From a virus (Duplodnaviria; Caudoviricetes), in IMG/VR virus record IMGVR_UViG_3300046808_000835, positions 1 to 55,838 of that record: DNA of 55,838 bases. One strand, written 5' to 3'. Under the pieces are notes generated by a model. That model made no database searches and had not been told where the DNA came from. It saw only the letters and a program-made list of their open reading frames with translations. How positions within the stretch are numbered: the stretch's first letter is position 1; each line of letters starts with the position of its first letter. A program made the translations under genes and the position numbers. Below are positions 41,667-51,145 of this stretch, in pieces.

Positions 41667-42083
41667 TTGAGTAACTTATCCCTGAAAACCCTTTTAGTAC
41701 CCAGCAAAAGTGTAACCGTTGAATATCCTGGCATGCCAGGTTTTAGTGTTGATGTTTGCTTTTTAAGTCGTGAAACACTGCAAAATATTCGCAAAAAAAG
41801 TACTAAAACAACCTTTAAAAATCGTCAACCACTTGAAGAACTAAATGACGAACTATTTTTAGAGCTATATGTAAAAGCATCAATCAAAGGCTGGACAGGC
41901 TTAAAACTTAGTTATTTAGAGCAGCTGGCACCAGTTGATTTGTCGGATGAAGATGGTGAGCAAACTCTAGAGTATACTGAAGAAAATGCACTGTACTTAA
42001 TGAAAGCTTCGCCCAACTTTGATGCGTTTATTAGTGAACAGGTTACTGACTTGGGAAACTTTTCCAAGAGCAAGCAGAGTTAA
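41667..42083 (+). CDS. Tail assembly chaperone
   Basis: TTG start; position before tape measure; ends after slippery G GGA AAC. Confidence 0.8.
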   Translation: MSNLSLKTLLVPSKSVTVEYPGMPGFSVDVCFLSRETLQNIRKKSTKTTFKNRQPLEELNDELFLELYVKASIKGWTGLKLSYLEQLAPVDLSDEDGEQTLEYTEENALYLMKASPNFDAFISEQVTDLGNFSKSKQS

Positions 42084-42457
42084 TACGTGGTCAGCTAGAT
42101 AACTACCTAAAAAACTCACAAGCTAATATGACTAGTGAGTTGTACTTTGAAATGTGTGAAGCAATGGGTACTGAACCGGTAGAATCCGAAATACCTGTTA
42201 ACTTCCACGACTTGCCTGATGTGGTACAAGACTATGTACACATTTACTACCTATTACGAGACATTTGGGATCCTATGGGTGGTAACTATCTAGGCAAAGA
42301 CATGAGTACAGTATTTGAGTTTTTTAGGTTGTACAACATAGAACCTGACGAACAACTGTTTGCACTTGGCGTGATACAGCAATTAGACAGTTGCCGATCA
42401 CAGTTAATACAAGAAAAGCAAAAACAACAAGAAGCCCTAAGCAAGAAAAAAGCTTAG
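42053..42457 (+). CDS. Tail assembly chaperone -1 frameshift extension
   Basis: GGGAAAC at 42053-42059; -1 frame is open into ORF 42128..42457. Confidence 0.75.
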   Translation, partial: GKLFQEQAELIRGQLDNYLKNSQANMTSELYFEMCEAMGTEPVESEIPVNFHDLPDVVQDYVHIYYLLRDIWDPMGGNYLGKDMSTVFEFFRLYNIEPDEQLFALGVIQQLDSCRSQLIQEKQKQQEALSKKKA

Positions 42458-42476
42458 GGCTTTTTTGTGTTTTGGT

Positions 42477-42505
42477 TTGACAAAAGTTTGCTTGCATGAT
42501 ATAAT
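42477..42505 (+). promoter_or_regulatory. Consensus promoter upstream of the tape measure
   Basis: TTGACA-17-TATAAT. Confidence 0.8.
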
Positions 42506-42557
42506 AGGCCATAAGTAAAATCTTGCATACAACGGTAAAAGCCAGTTGGGAGATAGT

Positions 42558-45500
42558 ATGTCTCAAAAAATCGGAATCGAAGTAGTTGTTAATAGTAATA
42601 TTAAGAACGAAACTCAAGACGCTAACAAGTTTAATGAAGCATTAAAACGTGCAGCTCAGACTGCAAAAACTATTGGGGTAGGTGCAGCTGCTGGTGGTAC
42701 TAGTGGCAGTCAGCGAGCTGCACAAATGTCACAGCCTGTAATGGCTACTCAAGTAACTGAATATGGTCGTGCTCGCGGCAGTGCTGGCGCAACCGGTGCT
42801 AGTGCTCGTGATTTTGCAAACCAGTCCCAAGGTCTGGGTGGATTAGTACGTCTATATGCAACATATGCTGCTAACGTATTTGCTGTTGGGGCTGCTTTCC
42901 GTGCACTTTCAAGTGCTATGGACACAGCCAATATGGTTCGCGGATTAGATCAAATTGGTGCTGCAAGTGGTGTAGCCCTAGGCGGATTGTCTCGTCAATT
43001 AGTTGCAGCTACTGGTGGTGCTATCAGCCTACGTGAGGCTATGAGCGCAACTGTTAAAGTAACAGCCGCTGGTTTAGGAAGTGAAAACGTACTAAGATTG
43101 GGTACAGTTGCCGCAAAAGCATCACAAGCACTAGGTGTTGATCTTGGTGATGCTGTTAACCGTTTAAGTCGTGGTATTACTAAATTAGAGCCTGAATTAT
43201 TAGATGAATTAGGCATCTTTACTAAGATTGAGCCTGCTGTTCAAAAATATGCACTAGCTCTTGGCAAAAATGCTAGCTCATTAACTGATTTTGAACGTCG
43301 TCAAGCATTTGCTAATGCTGTATTAGAAGAAGGTGAAAAGAAGTTTGCTGCTATTAAGGTTGATGCAAACCCTTATAACAAACTTGCTGCCTCATTACAA
43401 AATATAGCACAAAGTGGATTAGAGTTAATAAATAAAGTACTAGCACCAATTGTTAACTTTTTAAGTGAAAGCCCCACTGCATTAATAGCTGCATTAGGGG
43501 GACTAGGTTTAGCACTAGTACGTCAAATTGCTCCTGCTTTTGGACAGTTTCGTGAAAATATTCGCAAATCAAATATTGAAGCCGCACAAGCCGGCAAAGC
43601 TAGAGTTCAAAGTGCTATTGCTCTTCAACAAGAATTAAATGCACAAGTATTAAGATACTCAGAGATAGGTGCCGATAAAGAAATTGCTAAATTAGAAGCA
43701 GCAGAAAAAAGATTAAATAGATTACAAGCTAAACTAAGTACAGAAACCGCTGCCTCTAAAATACTGGCGGAAAAACCTGATACGGCCGATATTACAAAAG
43801 CTGATATTAAAGCTATTAGAGCTGCTGCAGCCGCTGATGAAGCCGCCGGTAATATAGCTTTAGCTAAATCCCAAAGAGAAATCGCTACTGCTATTGTAAA
43901 AGTTCAGAATGCTGAAAAAGGTTTAAGTGAGGAACAAAGACAAAAAGCTGCAAATTTACAAAAAGAATTAACTAATAGTAGAACTATAATAGGCATAAAT
44001 GCTCAACTAGCCAGTAGTATTCAAAAAGCTAGTTACAAGGATCAAATAGTTTCAAATGCTGCTTATGCCGGTAGTTTAATTGGACCAACCCGCGCCATAA
44101 GGCTAATGTTAGCTGAACTAAAGGCTGGTGAAGTTCAGTTAAATGCTTTTTCAAGGGCCACAGTTGTTGCTCGCGGAACTTTAGCAGCTTTTGCTGGAGC
44201 AGCTGCTACAATTGGGGCTGCAATAAATACGGCCTTAGGAGTCATTGGTTTAATAGCCGGAGCTCTAAGTTTACTATCAACAGCTTTTAGTGCAACTACG
44301 CGGGAATCTAAAGCTACTGGAGAAGCACTAGACGTATTAGAACAGAGTACAAAAAATCTTAATAATACAATAGATGTTATTAATTCAAAACCATTTTTAG
44401 AGCAGTTTAGTACTCAAAGTGTAACTGCACGTTCCAATGCATTAGATAGTTTAAGTACTAGTATACAAAAAGTAATAGATACTAGTCAGGCCGAGTTATC
44501 TAGAATGAATTGGATTGATAGTTTAAAAGATAATATTTCAAAAATATGGGGCGGAGACGTACTAAGTAAATCTGCTGAAGAAATCTCTCGTGGCTTAGCT
44601 GCCGCATTTAGTGATGCCACTACTGCAAACAGTACAGCAGGTAAGGCTGCGCGCGAAAGTTTAGAAAGATTATTAGGTACAGGCGTTGATTTAACTGACT
44701 TTGAAAAAATTGATGCTGCACTTGCTAAATTAAGTAAAGCAGACCGTATAACAGCAATAAAATCTATTGGTTTTGAAATCAATAATTTATCAAAAGCTGC
44801 AAAAGCACCAGCAGTAGCCTTGCAGGGTTTAGATGAATCGCTTAAGAAAATAAGTGAAAGTCGTCAAAAATTTATTAGTGGCTTATTACCTACAGATCCA
44901 CTTAGTGAATTTGGCCGAGGATTAATTGCTACTAGCTTTCAATTTGAAGAAGCACTAAAAAATCCAACAGTTCAACTTGAAACAATTAAAAAGCTGTTTG
45001 AACAAATTAAATCATTACCGGTTAGCCCTGATTTACTGTTAGGTCTACAAGATGCGGATGCAATAGCAAAAAATCTTCAAGAATTACAGGGCGAATTAGG
45101 CAGTACACAAGCAAAAATAACGCAATTAACTAAAGCTAGGAACGAAGAGCTTAGTAAAAGCGGTAAAGGCTTTCAAACTGTTAAAACTGGAGATATTGAA
45201 AAAATTGAAGAGTATGCAAATAAAGTACAAAATTCTAGTTCCAAAGTTAAAGAGTTAAATACCGAATTAGGTAGGCTAAAAGGCCTGGGAGCAAGCCTAG
45301 AAATAGAAATACAAACCGAAACAGAAAGTTTAAGTAAGTTTAAAGATACAATTAATGCTGCTGTTGTTAAAACTTTTGAAGTTGGTGCAGAAGTAGTTTC
45401 AGCACGTCTTGGTGCAGAGTTTGTAAAGGCAAGCGCTACAGTAACTCAAACTTTTGGAAGCCTTTTAGGCAATACAAAAACTGGTATTGCTATGAGAGCA

Positions 45501-48500
45501 GAAGCAGAAAGACGAATGCTTGCTGCACAATTAGCTCAAATAGACGCTACAGAAAGAAATATACGTGCACAACAAGATGCCGTTATAGTTACTAAAGAGG
45601 CAAATGTTTTACGATTAAAAGCATTAGCCGCAGAAAAAACTAGACAAGGCACCCTTAGCGAAGCGGAAGATCAAAATATATCTAGAGAAGTATTAAGAAA
45701 TGAAGCAGAAATTGTTGGATTAAAGAAAATACTTTCTGGTACTATCAACGTTAAACAAGCCTTTAATCTTCGAGCAGCTGAAATGAGAGCTGCACAAAGA
45801 GACCCAGCTGCAATATCTACTATAACCGAAGGCGGGCTACAACTAGCACAGCAATTAGAAGCTAGTCGAGCATCTCGTGCAAATATTGGTGCCCAAGTAT
45901 TTGGCGTAAATATTACCGAAAGAATAAACCAATTTAAGTTAGAAGAAGAAAATAATATAAAAAGAAAGCAAGCAGATTTAGACGCTTTAAAAGCATCTGC
46001 AGCATTATTAGCAAGTAATAGAGAAATAAATTCTGAAACAAACGAAGCAGCACTAATTGCTAGGCAAAGTGCAGAGGCAGCAGTTCAGCTGGCCGAACAA
46101 GAGCTTAGAGTACTGCAAGCAAAAAGAGAAATAAGTGTTCAAGAAAAACTACAACAAGAACTACTGGCATTAAAAACGGATGAAGGAAGAACTAGGGCTA
46201 AACAAGTAGGCGAAGATATAGACAATCTTAAAGAGTTAGTAAATTTAACAGAGCGCGCTTTTGCAACCAAAGAGCAAGAAACGCAACAAAAAAATATTTT
46301 AGATTTAGTTGATGTAAGATTACGTAATAGACTAAAAATATTGGATCAAGAAGGTCAAAAAGCTAAAGACTTAGATGCTGCTCGTGAATTTGCATTAAGA
46401 ACTGAAGAACAAAGTTTTGACTTTTTACAGCGTTCCGTAGAACTTTCCGCTACTTATATAGCTCGTAGAAAAGAAGCACTTGACGTAAAACGTGCTGAAT
46501 TTGATTTTGATAAACAAATTCGTGAAGCTGAAGAAGCAAGAAATAGAGCACTGTTAGAATCCGAAACAAGAACTAAAAAGATTGAGCTAGCAGCACCCCC
46601 AACTGCTGCAACAGCTGCAGAAGTAAGTGGTGATATAGAAATAGGTGCTGCTAGATCCGAAGCCTTAGCAATAGAAATAGCTGCTCGTGATGTAATAAAT
46701 CAACAATATGAACGACAAGCAACGGCTGCAACAAGAAGTTTAGAACTAACAAAAGCTCAAGCTGCAGAAACAAGGCGAGTAGCAGAAGAACAAGAAAAGT
46801 ATAATAAATTACTACAGAACGCCGCTGATCTGGGCAGTACTTTAGGCAATGTTTTCAGAGGATTAGGCAGCAGCGCGGACAGATTTGCAGACGGAATAGA
46901 AAAGTTTGTTACAGGCTTAACTGAAGGTGCTATACAAACAGAAAAGAATGCAAAAGCAACCGCAGCTATTCAAGAAAGAATAACCCTAACTGCTGAAGGT
47001 TCACAAGAAAGAAAAGAAGCTGAACAAGAACTGGGTGTACAACAGAAAAAGAATGCAAAAGACGAACTAAGTAATAATATTAAATTAGTTGGTTCTGCCA
47101 AAATGCTATTTAAAGAAAAGAGCACTGGCTATAAACTACTTGCTGGCATAGAGCGAGCTATGCATATTGTAAAGCTGGCAATGGCAGCAAAAGAAATGGC
47201 AGTAGATATTGCCAATACAGTTAAGTCTGTAGCCAATAGCGGAGTCAGAACGGCTGCATCGGTTGTTGAAGCTGGTGTAGCAGGTGTAACGGCAGTAGTT
47301 AAATCAATTGCTAGTTTACCTTTTCCGTTTAATATTGCTGCAGGAGCTGTAGTAGCTGGTATAGTTGCAAGCTTGTTAAGTAAAATCGGTGGAGATCCAC
47401 CAACAAGTTTTAGCGCTGGTGGAAGTGCAGTTAGCGCAGAAAAACGTCAAGAAGTCCAAGGTAGCGCAATGAACTACAATGATCAAGGTCAGCTAGTTCG
47501 TGTACGTGAAGGCGTATTTGGGGATACTGAGGCTAAATCAGAATCTATTGCTAATTCACTGGAAATTATTCGTGATAATAGCGTGGCTGGTTTAGCTTAT
47601 GACGATAAGCTGTTAAAAGCATTTGAAAAATTAAGCAGGTCACTAGAAACAGCTGCTAAACGACTTTATGGTATTACTGGTGTTACTGGTGGTAGTGCTT
47701 TTGGAACGGTTGAAGGCAGTACCGGCACAAGCATTTTAGGTTTAAGCTTATCAAAAACCACTACAAGCATTATTGATAGCGGTTTAAAAATTACTGGTAG
47801 TTTTTTAGAGTTAGCCCGAGCAACAGGTGGTGTTATTGAAGGTTTTGAAACCGTACAAACAACACGTAAACGGTTTATTGGAAAAACAAAAACTTCTATC
47901 GACACCAGAGAGTTTGGACTAGATGATGCTACTGTACAAGCTATTAATGATGCATTCGGCAGTGCACTAGATGCGCTTTATAGCGTTGGCGATACCTTAA
48001 AAACAGATCAACAAAAAATAGATCAAGCACTAGCTAGTTTACAAGTTAATGAGTTTGCTAGTTTGCGTGGTTTAAAAGGCAAAGACTTACAAGAAGCCCT
48101 TAATGCTGTTATTGGTTCGGTTGTAGATGATGCTGCTGTGGCTGCTTTTACTCAACTAAAGCTGTTCCGTAAGTTTGGTGAAGGCATGTTGGAAACCGTA
48201 GTTCGTGTTGCTGATACTAATCGCAAGATCGAACAAGTATTGGGCAATTTAACTAACAGACCAGCACTAGACATTGAACTAGATATAACTGAAGCACTTG
48301 CAGAAGCGTCGGGCGGACTGTCAAACTTTTTAGAAAATATCGAAAGTTTTACAGATAACTTTTTAACAGAAGAAGAAAAACTTGGTCCAACTCGTCGTGC
48401 AGTTGAAACAGAACTCAACAGACTGGGCTTAAGCAGCATAAAAACTCGTCAACAGTTTAAGCAAGTTGTACAAACACTGATAAACACTGGTCAAGCTGGT

Positions 48501-49667
48501 ACAGAAACCTTTTTAAGCTTAATAAAGTTAAGTGACGGTTTTGCAAAAGTTACTGAGTCGGCTGAAAAAACCAACGATGCACTTAAGTCAGCATATGATG
48601 CGCGTGTTAGCGAACTAAAAGGTGCTCGCAGTGAGTTTGAAAACTTTGCTAAGAGTTTACGTGAGTATCAGCTTAGCTTAAAAACCGGCAGCTTAAGCCC
48701 ACTAACACCACTTGAACAGTATCGTGAGTTACGTGCAGAGTTTTTAACAACCAGAGAACTTGCACAACGTGGTGACGTTGGGGCAATTGGTAAGTTGCAG
48801 TCTATTAGTAACTCTTTCTTACAAGCTAGTCAAAAAATGTATGCATCTAGTGATGAATACATTGGTGACTTTCAACTAGTATCTCAAACCATTGATCAAA
48901 CAGCTACTTTTGCAGAACTGCAAATAGATATAGCCAACAACACACTTGCAGAAATTAAAAATGTTGTTGGTGCATTAGTAGAGCTTAAGACTGAAACTGA
49001 AAAAGTACCGGTTGCACTAACTGGGCTTGGCACTAGTTTAACCACAGCGTTAACTGCGGCACAAGCTGCTAACGGCTCCGCCACTATTAGTGATATCCCT
49101 GTTATTGGCGGTGAAGTTGCCGATATCGTATCCGGCTATGAATTCCAGCGCCAAGCAGATGCTGCAGAAGCAGCTGCAGAAGCAGCAAAAGCAGCTGCAG
49201 AAGCCGCTGCAGCTGCTGCAAGAGCTGCTCAAAGCATGTTTGGTCAGCTGTATAACACGGTAATGGGTTATGATTATGGTATTGGTGCTGCAATGGGTGC
49301 TGCTTTTGATACTGGCGGCGTTCGCAAATTTGCTCGTGGCGGCATAGTTAACGGCTTAACACCATTTAGTTATAGTTCGGGACTTGGTGTCATGGGTGAA
49401 GCAGGGCCAGAAGCTATTATGCCACTACGTCGTACACCTAGCGGTAACTTGGGTGTAATTAGTATGGCAGGTAATGGTGATATGCTTCGTGAACTTGCTA
49501 GACTTAATCAACAAGTTGAAACATTAACTCGTGCTGTGTCTGAGGGTGCAGTTATTAACGCACAAGCAACTGATCGTAATACTGAAGCAGTTGTTGGTGC
49601 TGTTGTTGATAAAACAGTTAATAACACATACCAAACACGGCTAAAAGATAAGGTTCAGGTTGTATGA
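42558..49667 (+). CDS. Tape measure protein (~2,370 aa)
   Basis: GLV..YA..AANVFA..AAF..L, RG.TKLEPELLDELGI (T5 pb2-like); long Ala-rich coiled coil; C-terminal FARGG...GEAGPEAIMPL. Confidence 0.93.
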   Translation: MSQKIGIEVVVNSNIKNETQDANKFNEALKRAAQTAKTIGVGAAAGGTSGSQRAAQMSQPVMATQVTEYGRARGSAGATGASARDFANQSQGLGGLVRLYATYAANVFAVGAAFRALSSAMDTANMVRGLDQIGAASGVALGGLSRQLVAATGGAISLREAMSATVKVTAAGLGSENVLRLGTVAAKASQALGVDLGDAVNRLSRGITKLEPELLDELGIFTKIEPAVQKYALALGKNASSLTDFERRQAFANAVLEEGEKKFAAIKVDANPYNKLAASLQNIAQSGLELINKVLAPIVNFLSESPTALIAALGGLGLALVRQIAPAFGQFRENIRKSNIEAAQAGKARVQSAIALQQELNAQVLRYSEIGADKEIAKLEAAEKRLNRLQAKLSTETAASKILAEKPDTADITKADIKAIRAAAAADEAAGNIALAKSQREIATAIVKVQNAEKGLSEEQRQKAANLQKELTNSRTIIGINAQLASSIQKASYKDQIVSNAAYAGSLIGPTRAIRLMLAELKAGEVQLNAFSRATVVARGTLAAFAGAAATIGAAINTALGVIGLIAGALSLLSTAFSATTRESKATGEALDVLEQSTKNLNNTIDVINSKPFLEQFSTQSVTARSNALDSLSTSIQKVIDTSQAELSRMNWIDSLKDNISKIWGGDVLSKSAEEISRGLAAAFSDATTANSTAGKAARESLERLLGTGVDLTDFEKIDAALAKLSKADRITAIKSIGFEINNLSKAAKAPAVALQGLDESLKKISESRQKFISGLLPTDPLSEFGRGLIATSFQFEEALKNPTVQLETIKKLFEQIKSLPVSPDLLLGLQDADAIAKNLQELQGELGSTQAKITQLTKARNEELSKSGKGFQTVKTGDIEKIEEYANKVQNSSSKVKELNTELGRLKGLGASLEIEIQTETESLSKFKDTINAAVVKTFEVGAEVVSARLGAEFVKASATVTQTFGSLLGNTKTGIAMRAEAERRMLAAQLAQIDATERNIRAQQDAVIVTKEANVLRLKALAAEKTRQGTLSEAEDQNISREVLRNEAEIVGLKKILSGTINVKQAFNLRAAEMRAAQRDPAAISTITEGGLQLAQQLEASRASRANIGAQVFGVNITERINQFKLEEENNIKRKQADLDALKASAALLASNREINSETNEAALIARQSAEAAVQLAEQELRVLQAKREISVQEKLQQELLALKTDEGRTRAKQVGEDIDNLKELVNLTERAFATKEQETQQKNILDLVDVRLRNRLKILDQEGQKAKDLDAAREFALRTEEQSFDFLQRSVELSATYIARRKEALDVKRAEFDFDKQIREAEEARNRALLESETRTKKIELAAPPTAATAAEVSGDIEIGAARSEALAIEIAARDVINQQYERQATAATRSLELTKAQAAETRRVAEEQEKYNKLLQNAADLGSTLGNVFRGLGSSADRFADGIEKFVTGLTEGAIQTEKNAKATAAIQERITLTAEGSQERKEAEQELGVQQKKNAKDELSNNIKLVGSAKMLFKEKSTGYKLLAGIERAMHIVKLAMAAKEMAVDIANTVKSVANSGVRTAASVVEAGVAGVTAVVKSIASLPFPFNIAAGAVVAGIVASLLSKIGGDPPTSFSAGGSAVSAEKRQEVQGSAMNYNDQGQLVRVREGVFGDTEAKSESIANSLEIIRDNSVAGLAYDDKLLKAFEKLSRSLETAAKRLYGITGVTGGSAFGTVEGSTGTSILGLSLSKTTTSIIDSGLKITGSFLELARATGGVIEGFETVQTTRKRFIGKTKTSIDTREFGLDDATVQAINDAFGSALDALYSVGDTLKTDQQKIDQALASLQVNEFASLRGLKGKDLQEALNAVIGSVVDDAAVAAFTQLKLFRKFGEGMLETVVRVADTNRKIEQVLGNLTNRPALDIELDITEALAEASGGLSNFLENIESFTDNFLTEEEKLGPTRRAVETELNRLGLSSIKTRQQFKQVVQTLINTGQAGTETFLSLIKLSDGFAKVTESAEKTNDALKSAYDARVSELKGARSEFENFAKSLREYQLSLKTGSLSPLTPLEQYRELRAEFLTTRELAQRGDVGAIGKLQSISNSFLQASQKMYASSDEYIGDFQLVSQTIDQTATFAELQIDIANNTLAEIKNVVGALVELKTETEKVPVALTGLGTSLTTALTAAQAANGSATISDIPVIGGEVADIVSGYEFQRQADAAEAAAEAAKAAAEAAAAAARAAQSMFGQLYNTVMGYDYGIGAAMGAAFDTGGVRKFARGGIVNGLTPFSYSSGLGVMGEAGPEAIMPLRRTPSGNLGVISMAGNGDMLRELARLNQQVETLTRAVSEGAVINAQATDRNTEAVVGAVVDKTVNNTYQTRLKDKVQVV

Positions 49668-51145
49668 CAACTAAAGCAGAACTAGTTAGTTGGTTAAAAA
49701 CAAGCACTACACGACGTGTAGTGCTTGTTGAAATCACAGGTGTATTAGATAGTGCCGGCAATAGTGTCGGCACTATTTATTACTCAAATAAACCTTATGG
49801 TACGCGTTCTACCGATACCCCTGCTAATACACAGTATAGTGCTGTTATTAACGGTGGTGTAACTTTTTCACAAACTCTAGACTTAGATGGCAGAGCCACA
49901 TTAGGCTTTGGAGATATTCAACTAGATAATACCAACGGTGTTCGCGACACACTATTAACTTATATCTGGGCTAACAAAGCAGTTACAGTTTATTTGGGCG
50001 ATGCTGGCTGGAGTCGTGCAGATTTTTACCCAATATTTACTGGCTTTGTTAGTGATATTGAAAGCCGTGATCGCAATACCCTAAACTTAATACTAGTAGA
50101 CCGATTACAGTACTTAAATACTGCTGTTAGCACGGCATTAGTGGGTGGTACTGGTTCGCAAAAAGATCAATTAAAGCCACTTTGCTTTGGTGAGTGTTTT
50201 AATGTTACACCAGTTGTAGTTGATAGCCCTAATTTAATTTATCAGGTACATAACGGTGAAATTGAGCGTGTTATAGAAGTTCGTGATAATGGTGCTAAAC
50301 TAACTGGTGTTACCACAGATTTAGCAAACGGCAGATTCACACTAACTGCTAGCCCATTCGGACAAATAACTGCTAGTGTGCAAGGTGGTAAGTATGGAAG
50401 TCCCGCTAGCTATAGCAGTAAAGTGGCGACGGTTATACAAAACTTATTACTATACTATGGTCGAACACTAACACTGTCAGATATTGACGCTGCTTCTTTT
50501 GCAGCTTATAATACACAAGACGTAGGTGTTTATCTTAATAACCGCGAAAACTTACTGGACTTATGCCAACGACTAGCTAATGGTTGTGGTTTAAGTTTAA
50601 CTGTAGGTGTAGACGGCAAGTTTAAATTAGTTCGTGTACTAGTAGACCAAGCGAGTGGTGAAACACACAGCGTTACACCTAGTGATATGTATGAACGCAC
50701 ATTAGCTATATCACAAAAAGTACCGGTACAAGGCTCAGTTAAACTAAGTTACTGCAAAAACTGGACACCACAAACAACAGGTTTAGCTGGTGCACTAAAG
50801 CCAGATGTTAGTGCTATTTTTGCAAAAGAAAACTACTTAACTGCCAGCAGTGATGCAACAGTATTAGCTCGTTATAATCAAACAGAAGAGCCACCTACAA
50901 AAGACACACTGTTAGTAACCACAGCTCAAGCAACTAGTGAAGCAACCAGACTATTAAACATATATAAAACTCCTAGGTATGTATATACTGCAACATACTA
51001 TTCACACTTATTATTTTGTGAATTAGGTGATCAAGTATTGTTAACTTATCCACGCTTTGGTTTAAATAATGGCAAGCGAGGGACTGTAGTTCAAATTAAT
51101 CGTGACTGGTTAGCCGGAAAAGTAAATATAGGAATACTAGTATAA
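49664..51145 (+). CDS. Baseplate hub / tail tip protein
   Basis: Follows TMP; G.I.LDN..G..D, KPLCFGECFNVTP, ELGD.V.L.YPRFGL..GK.G.V. Confidence 0.7.
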   Translation: MTTKAELVSWLKTSTTRRVVLVEITGVLDSAGNSVGTIYYSNKPYGTRSTDTPANTQYSAVINGGVTFSQTLDLDGRATLGFGDIQLDNTNGVRDTLLTYIWANKAVTVYLGDAGWSRADFYPIFTGFVSDIESRDRNTLNLILVDRLQYLNTAVSTALVGGTGSQKDQLKPLCFGECFNVTPVVVDSPNLIYQVHNGEIERVIEVRDNGAKLTGVTTDLANGRFTLTASPFGQITASVQGGKYGSPASYSSKVATVIQNLLLYYGRTLTLSDIDAASFAAYNTQDVGVYLNNRENLLDLCQRLANGCGLSLTVGVDGKFKLVRVLVDQASGETHSVTPSDMYERTLAISQKVPVQGSVKLSYCKNWTPQTTGLAGALKPDVSAIFAKENYLTASSDATVLARYNQTEEPPTKDTLLVTTAQATSEATRLLNIYKTPRYVYTATYYSHLLFCELGDQVLLTYPRFGLNNGKRGTVVQINRDWLAGKVNIGILV

